Part shown: positions 23,558 through 32,000 of the stretch, piece by piece
Numbering within the stretch: position 1 is the stretch's first letter
Layout: each line of letters begins with the position of its first letter
Assembly: GCA_963718915.1 (NCBI GenBank)
Contig: CAVRAI010000013.1
Coordinates: forward strand, 210,001-242,000
DNA length: 32,000 nt
Direction of reading: 5' to 3'
Source of the DNA: an uncultured Chloroflexia bacterium
GTDB taxonomy: Bacteria; Chloroflexota; Ktedonobacteria; Ktedonobacterales; JADMIN01
The notes under the pieces: generated by a model
What the model was told of the DNA's origin: nothing
What the model saw: only the letters and a program-made list of their open reading frames with translations
Databases searched by the model: none
Made by a program: the position numbers and the translations under genes

Positions 23558-25600
23558 ATGACACCGACTCATAAGTCGCTGGAACTGGCTATGGTTGAGA
23601 CACTAAATGCACAAGAGATACATACGCACTATGACGTGCTCGTCGTAGGAGCTGGACACGCAGGCTGTGAGGCAGCGCTTGCAGCCGCGCGTATGGGACG
23701 ACGCACGCTCCTTCTGACGATGAACCTCGATAGCATCGCCCTCATGCCATGCAACCCTTCCATCGGCGGCCCAGCGAAGGGCCACTTAGTGCGCGAGATC
23801 GATGCGCTCGGCGGGGAGATGGGACGTAACACCGACCGTACGTTCATCCAGATTCGGCTCCTCAACACGGGAAAAGGGCCAGCGGTTCAGGCGCTACGGG
23901 CACAATGCGACAAACAGGCTTATCGGCTGGCGATGAAGTATGCGCTGGAAATACAGCCCAACCTCGACCTGAAGCAGGATACAGTGACCCGACTGCTCTC
24001 GCACCGTGACGCCGACGGGCGCGCCAGTATAAGCGGTGTGGTGACATCGCGGGGCTGGACCATTGCCGCACGCACTGTTATCCTGACGACCGGCACCTTC
24101 ATCAATGGTCGGCTGGTAGTAGGTGAGAAGACACAGGCAGGCGGTCGTAGCGGTGAGGCCCCCGCGCTTGGTATCTCCGACGCATTGCGCGCCCTGGGGT
24201 TGACGATTGGCCGATTCAAGACCGGAACGCCCCCGCGGATCGATGCGCGTACCGTAGACTTCACGCAGACCATCGCTCAGCCAGGCAGCGCCGTGCCGCT
24301 ATACTTTTCAAGTGACATCACTGCACGCAACGATGTCACGCTGCCATCTGGCCCGCCGAATCCAATCTATCCCATCCCGAATGAGGCGCGTACCACATGG
24401 CGACCGCAGTTGCCATGCTATCTGGTACATACGAATACCCGCACGCATGACGTCATCCGCGCCAACCTTGATCGTTCACCCCTCTTCAATGGAACGATTG
24501 AGGGAATCGGACCTCGTTATTGCCCGTCTATCGAAGATAAAGTGGTGCGCTTTGCTGACAAAGAGCGACATCAGGTCTTCCTGGAGCCGGAGGGCTGGCG
24601 CACTGGCGAGGTATACGTTCAGGGGATGAATACGAGCCTGCCAGAAGATGTGCAGATTGCGATGCTCCGGAGCATTCCAGGCCTGGAGCATGTCGAACTG
24701 ATGCGGGCTGGATACGCCGTTGAGTATGATTACGTGCCATCCGATCAACTACGCCTTACGCTCGAAACGAAGCCCGTGCGCAATCTGTTTCTGGCCGGAC
24801 AGATCAATGGCACCTCCGGCTACGAAGAAGCGGCGGCGCAAGGCATTATTGCTGGCATTAATGCAGCATTGGCCGCCAGCGGTGATGCGCCGTTCATTCT
24901 GCGCCGCGACGAGGCATATATAGGCGTGCTGATCGACGATCTTGTCACGCAGCCACCGGCTGAGCCATATCGCCTTCACACCTCACGCGCCGAACATCGG
25001 CTGCTCCTGCGGCACGACAACGCTGATCTGCGCCTTTCCGAGCGCGCGTGGCAACTCGGCCTGCTCAGCGACGAGCGCTATGAACAGGTGGCGACGCGAC
25101 GACAGCAGGTAGAGGAGGCATCCGCCCGCCTGGAAGCTGCTGTCATCAGCCCGTCGCGCGACACAAATGCACACATACAGTCGCTCGGCATGCAAACTAT
25201 TTCCCAACCCACCACTGGAACAGAACTGCTTCGCAGGCCGGAGGCGCGTTACTGGCAGGTACGCGAACTACTCGCCAGCGGCCAAGCGCTCCTACCTGAA
25301 CTGGATGGTGACACGGCTGTCGAGGTGGAGTTACAAGCCAAGTACGCTGGGTATATTCGAAAAGAACACGCGAGTGTCGCGCGCGCGCGGCGGCTGGAAG
25401 ATCACCCTTTGCCAGAGGCTATCGACTACACGACGCTTACTGGGCTGCGGGCGGAGGCCCGCCAGCAACTTGGCCGCATCCGCCCGCTGACAGTTGGGCA
25501 GGCGTCGCGCATTCCTGGCGTCACACCAGCGGACATCTCTGTGCTATTCGTTCATCTGGAGCGACGACGACGAACCGCAGGCAGCGGGAAGGCTGGATAG
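23558..25600 (+). CDS. mnmG: tRNA uridine 5-carboxymethylaminomethyl modification enzyme MnmG (GidA)
   Basis: FAD motif [23 protein letters not shown], then [34 protein letters not shown] and [16 protein letters not shown]. An alternative start is the ATG at 23591. Confidence 0.93.
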   Translation: MTPTHKSLELAMVETLNAQEIHTHYDVLVVGAGHAGCEAALAAARMGRRTLLLTMNLDSIALMPCNPSIGGPAKGHLVREIDALGGEMGRNTDRTFIQIRLLNTGKGPAVQALRAQCDKQAYRLAMKYALEIQPNLDLKQDTVTRLLSHRDADGRASISGVVTSRGWTIAARTVILTTGTFINGRLVVGEKTQAGGRSGEAPALGISDALRALGLTIGRFKTGTPPRIDARTVDFTQTIAQPGSAVPLYFSSDITARNDVTLPSGPPNPIYPIPNEARTTWRPQLPCYLVHTNTRTHDVIRANLDRSPLFNGTIEGIGPRYCPSIEDKVVRFADKERHQVFLEPEGWRTGEVYVQGMNTSLPEDVQIAMLRSIPGLEHVELMRAGYAVEYDYVPSDQLRLTLETKPVRNLFLAGQINGTSGYEEAAAQGIIAGINAALAASGDAPFILRRDEAYIGVLIDDLVTQPPAEPYRLHTSRAEHRLLLRHDNADLRLSERAWQLGLLSDERYEQVATRRQQVEEASARLEAAVISPSRDTNAHIQSLGMQTISQPTTGTELLRRPEARYWQVRELLASGQALLPELDGDTAVEVELQAKYAGYIRKEHASVARARRLEDHPLPEAIDYTTLTGLRAEARQQLGRIRPLTVGQASRIPGVTPADISVLFVHLERRRRTAGSGKAG

Positions 25601-25617
25601 GCCATCGGGTGACATTG

Positions 25618-25646
25618 TTGACAGTCGGCTGTCATGGGCGTACGAT
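25618..25646 (+). promoter_or_regulatory. Sigma70-type promoter for the response regulator / kinase pair
   Basis: Perfect TTGACA (25618-25623), a 17-nt spacer, then TACGAT (25641-25646). The palindrome GACAG-tcgg-CTGTC (25620-25633) overlaps the spacer. Confidence 0.5.
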
Positions 25647-25762
25647 ATCCTCTGGACGTGAGGCGGCTGGTGGAGGACTTGAGGCAACAAACCTGCGCAA
25701 CATCCGCGCAGACATTTGGGACGAAGACCGAGACACTTCACCGGCTGGCAGGAGGAATCCAC

Positions 25763-26443
25763 TTGCGCATCCTGGTGGTTGACGATGATCCCCTGGGCAG
25801 TCGTATGGTTCAGTTTCTGCTCACAGAACAGGGCTATACGGTTGATATGACCGATTCGGCTCGCGGTGCGCTCGCGGTGCTGGATGAACGTACGCCTGAT
25901 CTTATTCTCCTCGATGTGAATTTGCCCCATTTGAGCGGCTTCGACTTCTGCAAGCGGCTGCGCGATGATGGCTATGAGATGCCTGTCATTTTTGTCACCG
26001 CCAAAGGCGAACTCGAAGACCGGCTCCAGGGACTGCGCATTGGGGCGGATGACTATATCTGCAAGCCATTCCAGCCCGCCGAATTGACCGCGCGTGTCGA
26101 GGCAGTACTACGCCGCTATCGGCGGACACGCAGTGATGGCGCGACTATCCAGGCGCACGGCATTGAGATCGACGCGGTAGGACTGTGCGTGAACATGCCT
26201 GGGCGTCGCCCGGTTTCTTTGACGCCCACTGAGATGAAAGTGCTCGTCCAGCTAGCACAACGGCCTGGCGAAACCGTCGAGCGTGAAGAAGTGATGGCGA
26301 GTGTCTGGGGCAACGCATATGTTGGTGAGAGCAACATTGTCGATGTCTACGTGCGCCGACTGCGGCGCAAACTTGAGCGTGACCCCGCGCACCCCGAACT
26401 GATCCATTCGGCGCGCGGCGTCGGCTATAAGTTCATAGGCTGA
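25763..26443 (+). CDS. OmpR/PhoB-family response regulator
   Basis: I re-called the start at TTG 25763, which is in frame with the track ORF and has GGAGG seven nt upstream. The protein then reads (M)RILVVDDDP. The canonical DD, D (LILLDVNLP), T (VIFVTA) and K (YICKPF) are all present, and the C-terminal wHTH reads VDVYVRRLRRKLE...SARGVGYKF. Confidence 0.88.
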   Translation: MRILVVDDDPLGSRMVQFLLTEQGYTVDMTDSARGALAVLDERTPDLILLDVNLPHLSGFDFCKRLRDDGYEMPVIFVTAKGELEDRLQGLRIGADDYICKPFQPAELTARVEAVLRRYRRTRSDGATIQAHGIEIDAVGLCVNMPGRRPVSLTPTEMKVLVQLAQRPGETVEREEVMASVWGNAYVGESNIVDVYVRRLRRKLERDPAHPELIHSARGVGYKFIG

Positions 26444-27177
26444 TGCCAATGGACACATCCACCACATCCCGTCGCAACACCGCAGCCGCCAAGGAACGCT
26501 CGTTTCTCGCAAACGCAGCGCATGAATTGCGCACCCCGCTCCACAGCGCCAACGGCTTTGTCGAGGTGGTGCTTGACGGCCTGGCTGGTTCGCTCAACGA
26601 GCGGCAACAGGAAATGCTCTCCCACGCGCATACTGCCATCGGTCAGCTCGCTACTCTGATCGAGGATGTCGTCTTTCTTGCTCGCTCGGACAATGGCGAA
26701 ATCCTGCCGCGCCCATCTACGGTGGATCCGTCTGCGATTCTGACGTGTGCTCTGGATGGCGTTTGCGAGCAGGCACATGAACAAAGTGTCACATTGTCAC
26801 GCCAGGATATAGGGCTTCCAGCCGAGATTCAGGCGGATAGCGAACGACTACGCGAGGGCCTGACAGGATTACTACGTGGCGGCCTGGCCGTGATGCCCCC
26901 TGATGGCGCCATGCGTGTAGTTGCCACGACGCGCAAGGATCTCCTCATGTTCGAGGTGACGCTCGACCAGGTGCGGATCAACACCACTGATCGCCGCCAC
27001 TTGTTTGAACGATTCTACCAACCCCGCCCGCTCGGCACGGATCACTCAGCGCATCTCGGCCTCGGACTTGTCATCGCGCAGATCACCGCCCAATGGCACG
27101 GGGGCCAAGTGCGTGTCGACACCGCAGCTGACGGCAGCGTTATCCTCTGCTACGAACTCCCACTCAACTGTTCGTAA
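26443..27177 (+). CDS. Short cytoplasmic histidine kinase (DHp plus CA only, no sensor or TM)
   Basis: H-box FLANAAHELRTPL. F/G2 boxes FERFYQ and HLGLGLVIAQ. The N-box position reads GLLRGGLAV (no Asn) and the G1 position reads LDQVRI. The start overlaps the regulator stop (TGATG). Confidence 0.8.
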   Translation: MPMDTSTTSRRNTAAAKERSFLANAAHELRTPLHSANGFVEVVLDGLAGSLNERQQEMLSHAHTAIGQLATLIEDVVFLARSDNGEILPRPSTVDPSAILTCALDGVCEQAHEQSVTLSRQDIGLPAEIQADSERLREGLTGLLRGGLAVMPPDGAMRVVATTRKDLLMFEVTLDQVRINTTDRRHLFERFYQPRPLGTDHSAHLGLGLVIAQITAQWHGGQVRVDTAADGSVILCYELPLNCS

Positions 27178-27991
27178 CAATCGAGCCGCCGGGCCACCGT
27201 GCCAAGAAAATCGCCCGCGATGAAGTATCTTCCCACGCCGTCAGGTCATACCCCCCAAAGACATCGTCCACCGTGAAACCTGCGAACTGAAGCGCTACAT
27301 CCACCTCACCTTTGCTCAGCGCCGCGAGAGACATATTGCTGATCGTACGACGCACCTCGCCACCCTGTTCATGGATATCGTACAGGTGGGTCACCTGGAG
27401 AATGCCCGGCATCGCAGGGGGAGCAGCAGTGATTGAATGGGAGAGCAGAACCGCGCTGTTTTCTGGCAGCGGCCATGCGCCTTGCCACCAGAGTTGGCCC
27501 GCGGTCTCGGCAAGTCGTCGTACGCCAAGAAGATCCAGGTCTAAAAGAAGCAATGCGCCTGGCCGCATGTGCGCACCCAGTGCAGTCAGCGCGCGATGTC
27601 GAACCTGACTGGATAGCAGATGCGCGAACGTGTTCATTCCAAATAGGCTCAAATCAAACTGATCCTGTTCGTCAAGAGGCAAATTTTCCGCATCCCCTGC
27701 CAGTACACGCACACGGCGCGAGACCCGCTCAGGAAGCGCGGCCATTCGTCGAGCGCAACGCAGACGCATTGCCTCAGATGGCTCGACGCCTGTCACCGTA
27801 TAGCCAGCCGCAGCCAGACGCGCCAGAACTCGTCCAGTGCCGCTCCCGATCTCCAGGATTGCAGGGGCGCGCTTGTCGGCCTGTACGATCAGTTCCTGGT
27901 AGCACTCTATATCCTCTGTGATGCGATCATGCTCGACATCATACCAGGTGGCAATCGCTGTGTAGGAATCCTGCAATGGATCACGGGTCAT
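27164..27991 (-). CDS. Class I SAM-dependent methyltransferase
   Basis: Motif I ILEIGSGTGRV, then the post-I acidic residue in TVTGVEPSEAM and DLSLFGMNTFAHL. The 3' end overlaps the kinase 3' end by 14 nt. Confidence 0.8.
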   Translation of the reverse strand: MTRDPLQDSYTAIATWYDVEHDRITEDIECYQELIVQADKRAPAILEIGSGTGRVLARLAAAGYTVTGVEPSEAMRLRCARRMAALPERVSRRVRVLAGDAENLPLDEQDQFDLSLFGMNTFAHLLSSQVRHRALTALGAHMRPGALLLLDLDLLGVRRLAETAGQLWWQGAWPLPENSAVLLSHSITAAPPAMPGILQVTHLYDIHEQGGEVRRTISNMSLAALSKGEVDVALQFAGFTVDDVFGGYDLTAWEDTSSRAIFLARWPGGSIVTNS

Positions 27992-28152
27992 CGCTGTCTC
28001 CTCTAGTTCGTCACTGCATCGTTTATCATGCTTCAGGGTCCGAAAAGCAATGCCCTTGTTGGGGAGTTTATGACTTTTGACACTGGTTCTGTACCGCCAA
28101 CCACCCCTATTATGTTACAGTTGCCCACTCTTCGAGAAGAAGGTAGGTGACG

Positions 28153-28175
28153 ACAGACACATTGCACAGACACAT
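28153..28175. repeat. 10-nt direct repeat ACAGACACAT x2 (period 13) in the divergent intergenic region
   Basis: Copies at 28153-28162 and 28166-28175. Related inverted GT/AC-rich segments follow (CTGTCGACTGACTGTGTCG, 28187-28204). Confidence 0.85.
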
Positions 28176-28310
28176 CACGATGTAACTGTCGACTGACTGT
28201 GTCGTACTTCCCATGTGAGCTTCGCAACGTGGCGCTCACTTTCGCTTGCCTTTGCAGCGGCGCACTGGCACATTGCCCGCACAACATAACATTTTGAAAG
28301 AGGAGAGACT

Positions 28311-29060
28311 GTGGAAACGACCGAAAACCAGATCGCGGTACAACGTCCAGCCGGAGTCGCCGCGCTCGAAGCCATTGATGTGCATAAATCGCTGCCGTTG
28401 GGGCGCGAGCGTATCGACATTCTTCGGGGTGTCAATCTACGCATCAACCACGGCGAATTCATGGCCATCGTCGGCCCGTCTGGCTCTGGTAAGTCCACGT
28501 TGCTGGGCATCATCGCAGGTCTGGACAGCCCAACCAGTGGCCGAGTCTTGCTGGATGGCATTGACATCACCCGCATGGGCGAATCACAGCTCGCCAGCGT
28601 GCGCAATAAGAAGATCGGCATGGTCTATCAGGCATTCAACCTGATCCCCACACTTACCGCTCAGGAGAACGTGGAGATTCCGCTCTACGTTGGCAAGCAT
28701 CCCGGTAAACCATCTGACCGCGCCCAGGAATTGCTGCGGATGGTGGGGTTAGAACACCGTTTGCGAAACCGACCGACACAGCTCTCCGGCGGCGAGCAAC
28801 AGCGTGTGGCTGTCGCACGGGCACTGGCGACTCAGCCAGCCATCGTCATCATGGACGAGCCAACCGGCAACCTCGACCAGAAAAACAGCGAGAACGTCTT
28901 GCAAATGATCCGTGATCTGCGCACGGCGACAGGCACAACCTTCATCATCGCCACACATGACCTAAATGTTGCCGCCGCAGCCGACCGCTCAATCCGTATC
29001 ATCGATGGGCTAGTCGCTCCCGAGGAACCTCGGGTAGAAGAGCCACAGGCGCGGGCCTAA
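28311..29060 (+). CDS. ABC transporter ATP-binding protein (MacB/LolD/FtsE-like subfamily)
   Basis: Walker A GPSGSGKST, Q-loop, signature LSGGEQQRVAVARAL, Walker B IVIMDEPTGNLD and H-loop ATHD. The GTG start has AGAGGAGA upstream. Confidence 0.9.
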   Translation: METTENQIAVQRPAGVAALEAIDVHKSLPLGRERIDILRGVNLRINHGEFMAIVGPSGSGKSTLLGIIAGLDSPTSGRVLLDGIDITRMGESQLASVRNKKIGMVYQAFNLIPTLTAQENVEIPLYVGKHPGKPSDRAQELLRMVGLEHRLRNRPTQLSGGEQQRVAVARALATQPAIVIMDEPTGNLDQKNSENVLQMIRDLRTATGTTFIIATHDLNVAAAADRSIRIIDGLVAPEEPRVEEPQARA

Positions 29061-29126
29061 TACTGACGAGCTGAGAGATCCGTGCGGGCGCTTCGCGCCG
29101 CTCGATTGATAGAGGAGCCTCACGGC

Positions 29127-31844
29127 ATGAAAGCCGGATTTTACTGGAGATATGCGACGCGGTCACTCTTGCGCGGCGGACAACGCACGCTGCTAGCGAT
29201 CTTTTGTGTCGCCGTGGGCGTGATGGCGATTGTCTCGCTACAGCTCGTCGGCAATATGGTGAACAACGGCCTGACAGCCAATGTGCGCGATGGAAATGGT
29301 GGCGACATCTCGGTACGCAGCGATGTCGTACCGATCAGCGCGCAGCAGCTCAAATCGTTCGATACCCTGAAATCCCAGGGCGTCATCACCGATTACACCG
29401 CTGTCAGCGCTGGGCAAGCGCAGGGCAATGATAAGAATGGATCACGCGACATCTTTACCTTGCGCGCCGTTGATCCTCAGAAATATCCGCTCGCGGGCAA
29501 CCCTAACTTTAAGGATCCTGGCGACGGCAGCTTCTCATCATTGCTGACGGGAAACAACGCCGTTGTGACGCAGAAATGGCTTGACCAGACAGGTTATCAC
29601 AAAGGTGATAGTCTCACCGTTCGCACCACTGACGGTCGCTCGCTCAACCTCACCATTGACGGCGTTCTCTATGACGCGGGCGCCTTCCAGCGCCCTCAGA
29701 TTCTCGTCTCGCTGGACACATACACCGCAGCGCCAAGCAGTTCAGGGCTACCGGTCAGCTTTAGCGCGGTGTATGTTACCGTGCCAGGGCATACCGACGC
29801 CAATGCGGCAACCGCGAAAAAAGACATCCAAACCAACCTGCCGCAGGCGACCGTGACCACGACGAAAGATGCGCTGGCACAAAATGCTGATCAGGTACAG
29901 AGCATTCGTAACTTCCTGCGCATTGTCGGGTTGCTAGCTCTGCTCATCGGTGGTATTGGCATCGTCAACACGATGCAGGTGCTGTTGCGCCGACGCCAGC
30001 TCGAAATCGCCATGCTTAAGACGACAGGCTACCGCCGAAGTAATCTCTATGCAATGTTCGGCCTGGAAGCCGGTATCTTGGGTGTCGTAGGTGGGGCGCT
30101 GGGCGCGGCTATCGGCATCGGCGTCAGCTTCCTGGTGAAAGGATTGGTTGAACGCGCTTTCTTCATTAATCTGCCAAACTCGGTTGATCCACTCACCGTC
30201 GCTTCCGGCGTGGCTATTGGCTTCTTCACCGCGCTGATCTTTGGCCTGATGCCCATCGTACAGGCGAGCCAGATTCGCCCGCTGGCCGTGCTACGCGGTC
30301 AGTCAGAGGGCGCAGGTAGAGAAAGCATACTGCTCACGATAGTGCTCTCGGCGCTGCTGGTGGCGATGTACTTCACCCTCAGCCTAGTCATCCTGGGTGA
30401 CTTGCGAAATACAATCCTTGCCGTTGTCATCACAGGTATATTGCTCATACTGCTCAGTCTATTCTTTACCGTGGTTGTGCTGGTCATCAGCCGGTTGCCA
30501 GTGCCTGATGGGTTCCCCTGGTGGTACGTGCTGATCGTGGTCGTGGGATTGCTGATCGCCGCTGGCATCACCTTGGCCATCCCTGACTTCGGAGTGCTAT
30601 TCCTCGTTTTGGCTGCGTTTGGCTTCGTGGTGGTGCTGTTGCCGCGCACCTGGAAATCCAACGTCAAGATGGCGCTTCGCAACATTGGTCGCCAACGTGC
30701 GCGCACTGTGACGACGCTCGTTGCGCTATTCGTGGGCGTCTTTGTTATTGGAATCATTCTGGTGTTGGGCCAGAATATCAAGGATCAAATCAACCAGGCG
30801 CTCCTAACCAACCTCCCGTATAACTCATTCATAGTAGCTGGCATCGACAACAAGGCACAAGTCGAACAGAAGCTGAATGACATCTCAGGTATTCAGGCGC
30901 GGCAGGAATACAGCATCGCCCAGGGTCTACCAATCTCAGTGCGCGGCGTGCCAATGGCACAGGTGGTGGCAGACGCTGGCAGGCCTAGCCCTGAAAGTTT
31001 AGGGCGCGAAGGCGCCTACGGTATTCTGAGCAGCGTACAAGGATCTGATCTAACACATGGCGCGCTACCTCAGGTAACCATCATGCAAGGTCGCAATCTG
31101 AAGAAGTCAGATGCGGGCACGGGTAATGTGCTCATGCCAGAGTCCGCTGGATTCAACCCGTTGAAGTTGAAACTCAACGATACATTTGTCGTTGCCAGCC
31201 AGGATGGCAAAACGCTTGTGACCTTCAAGGTGGTCGGCGTCTACACAACCAGTGATTTGTTTACTGGATCATCCATACGAGCAGACGACAGCCAGGTGAG
31301 TACAATTGCTGGCGGCAAGCCGCTCTACCTTTTCGAGCTCAAGATTGACCCAACCCAAGCCGATCAGAAACTCAGCCAGGTGGAGAAGGCGGTACCGAAT
31401 GTCCAGACGTTTAGCGTGGTCGACGTACTGCTGTTGGTCAACACACTGCTCAACAACCTAATAGTAATGCTAACTGCCATTGCGTCACTGACCATGATTG
31501 CTGGCATCATCATAATTGCGAACGCGGTGGCGCTGGCAATGCTGGAACGACGGCGCGAGCTGGGCATCCTCAAGTCGGTTGGCTTCACCAGCCGTAGTGT
31601 CCTGAGCGAGGTGCTGCTCGAAAATGGCATTGTGGGCTTCACAGGCGCACTGCTGGCCATGCTGCTAGTAACATTTGCAGTTGCTGTACTTAGCACAATC
31701 GTTTTCGGTTCATCGTTCAGTGTCTCCGCACCGCTGGTTATAGGTAGTGTATTAGGCGTCGCCTTCATTTGTATGGTGGTAGCCGGGTTTGTCGCCTGGG
31801 GCGCAACGCGCGTCCGTCCGCTCGAAGTGCTACGCTACGAATAG
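29127..31844 (+). CDS. Large ABC permease with two FtsX-type domains (MacB-like duplicated architecture)
   Basis: The N-terminus YWRYATRSLLRGGQRTLLAIFCVAVGV and the internal repeat MALRNIGRQRARTVTTLVALFVGV each precede a large extracytoplasmic region and a C-terminal FtsX block (EIAMLKTTGY, and ELGILKSVGF with RPLEVLRYE). I prefer the ATG at 29127 (GGAG upstream). The track start is GTG 29082. Confidence 0.85.
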   Translation: MKAGFYWRYATRSLLRGGQRTLLAIFCVAVGVMAIVSLQLVGNMVNNGLTANVRDGNGGDISVRSDVVPISAQQLKSFDTLKSQGVITDYTAVSAGQAQGNDKNGSRDIFTLRAVDPQKYPLAGNPNFKDPGDGSFSSLLTGNNAVVTQKWLDQTGYHKGDSLTVRTTDGRSLNLTIDGVLYDAGAFQRPQILVSLDTYTAAPSSSGLPVSFSAVYVTVPGHTDANAATAKKDIQTNLPQATVTTTKDALAQNADQVQSIRNFLRIVGLLALLIGGIGIVNTMQVLLRRRQLEIAMLKTTGYRRSNLYAMFGLEAGILGVVGGALGAAIGIGVSFLVKGLVERAFFINLPNSVDPLTVASGVAIGFFTALIFGLMPIVQASQIRPLAVLRGQSEGAGRESILLTIVLSALLVAMYFTLSLVILGDLRNTILAVVITGILLILLSLFFTVVVLVISRLPVPDGFPWWYVLIVVVGLLIAAGITLAIPDFGVLFLVLAAFGFVVVLLPRTWKSNVKMALRNIGRQRARTVTTLVALFVGVFVIGIILVLGQNIKDQINQALLTNLPYNSFIVAGIDNKAQVEQKLNDISGIQARQEYSIAQGLPISVRGVPMAQVVADAGRPSPESLGREGAYGILSSVQGSDLTHGALPQVTIMQGRNLKKSDAGTGNVLMPESAGFNPLKLKLNDTFVVASQDGKTLVTFKVVGVYTTSDLFTGSSIRADDSQVSTIAGGKPLYLFELKIDPTQADQKLSQVEKAVPNVQTFSVVDVLLLVNTLLNNLIVMLTAIASLTMIAGIIIIANAVALAMLERRRELGILKSVGFTSRSVLSEVLLENGIVGFTGALLAMLLVTFAVAVLSTIVFGSSFSVSAPLVIGSVLGVAFICMVVAGFVAWGATRVRPLEVLRYE

Positions 31845-31863
31845 CGACGGCATGAAAGCATTC

Positions 31864-31901
31864 GCCTCCTCCTGTCGACTGGCAGGAGGGGGCTTCTTAT
31901 T
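31864..31901 (+). terminator. Rho-independent terminator between convergent genes
   Basis: A 13-bp stem GCCTCCTCCTGTC / GGCAGGAGGGGGC (two G-U pairs), loop GACT, followed by TTCTTATT. It sits 20 nt after the permease stop and overlaps the stop of the minus-strand gene fragment. Confidence 0.7.
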
Positions 31902-32000
31902 GGACAATCACACCGCAACGCTCCAACAATTCACCGCACGTCGAAGCCGGATAAGCGATAGGCAGCCGCTGTTCAGGGTCATGCGAATCGGAGCCAGCGC
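31897..32000 (-). CDS. C-terminal fragment of a possible PHP-domain phosphoesterase (gene enters from the right edge)
   Basis: The minus-strand frame reads AGSDSHDPEQRLPIAYPASTCGELLERCGVIVQ then stop (TAA at 31899-31897). GSDSH resembles the last PHP-domain metal motif (GSDAH). Only 33 aa are visible. Confidence 0.35.
   Translation of the reverse strand, partial: AGSDSHDPEQRLPIAYPASTCGELLERCGVIVQ

Noticed and set aside
28033-28621. Minus-strand ORFs 28033-28287 and 28175-28621, and plus-strand ORF 28246-28644, around the ABC transporter start.
   Set aside because: None has a motif or an RBS. They overlap the well-supported ABC ATPase gene or lie in the repeat-rich intergenic region. Their composition looks like out-of-frame translation.
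1-32000. Search for CRISPR arrays, transposases or integrases, IS inverted repeats, tRNA/rRNA genes, toxin-antitoxin pairs and known defence-system genes.
   Set aside because: I saw no regularly spaced repeats longer than the short ones reported, no recombinase or transposase-like ORFs, no tRNA cloverleaf candidates and no defence hallmark domains. The window looks like core respiratory and housekeeping chromosome.

Overview
GC-rich bacterial chromosomal segment with no rRNA, tRNA, CRISPR array or mobile element that I can see. All family calls come from reading motifs in the translations; no similarity search was run. A Chloroflexota-like monoderm origin is only a low-confidence guess.

Gene content:
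- Left edge to about 4.8 kb: a DUF554 membrane protein fragment (-), ispE (+), a GT9 glycosyltransferase (+), and convergent to these a small acidic protein plus a radical SAM enzyme (-), then a DUF3054 protein (-).
- About 4.8-20.6 kb: one uninterrupted minus-strand respiratory supercluster. Order is ctaB, SCO1/SenC, ctaC (caa3-type, CuA plus C-terminal CxxCH), ctaD, thioredoxin-like reductase, ccdA, CopD-like 4-TM protein, ccmE, ccmF, ccmH, CcmI-like protein, 459-aa secreted beta-rich anchored protein, ccmA, ccmB, ccmC, ccmD (58 aa, missing from the ORF track), subunit-IV-like fusion protein, ctaE, Zn-ribbon tail-anchored protein.
- 20.8-32 kb, mostly plus strand: an atypical HK-like/receiver-like/OmpR-wHTH fusion regulator divergent from ctaB, two paralogous cupredoxin lipoproteins, mnmG, an OmpR-type response regulator with a short sensor-less histidine kinase, a SAM methyltransferase (-), a MacB/FtsX-type ABC ATPase with a 905-aa double-FtsX permease, a good intrinsic terminator, and a PHP-like gene end (-).

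Most interesting signals:
1. A non-canonical System I cytochrome c maturation operon. CcmE has CPSKF where the heme-binding HxxxY normally sits, CcmC has a divergent WWD box, and the TPR-type CcmI is apparently replaced by two unusual proteins that share a cytoplasmic helix motif with the CcmH tail.
2. A probable pseudo-kinase/pseudo-receiver DNA-binding regulator.
3. TCAGGRA boxes at 11-bp spacing in that regulator's own divergent promoter and upstream of both cupredoxin genes.
4. A cupredoxin pair in which one copy has lost a His ligand.
5. An uncharacterised small-protein plus radical SAM module.
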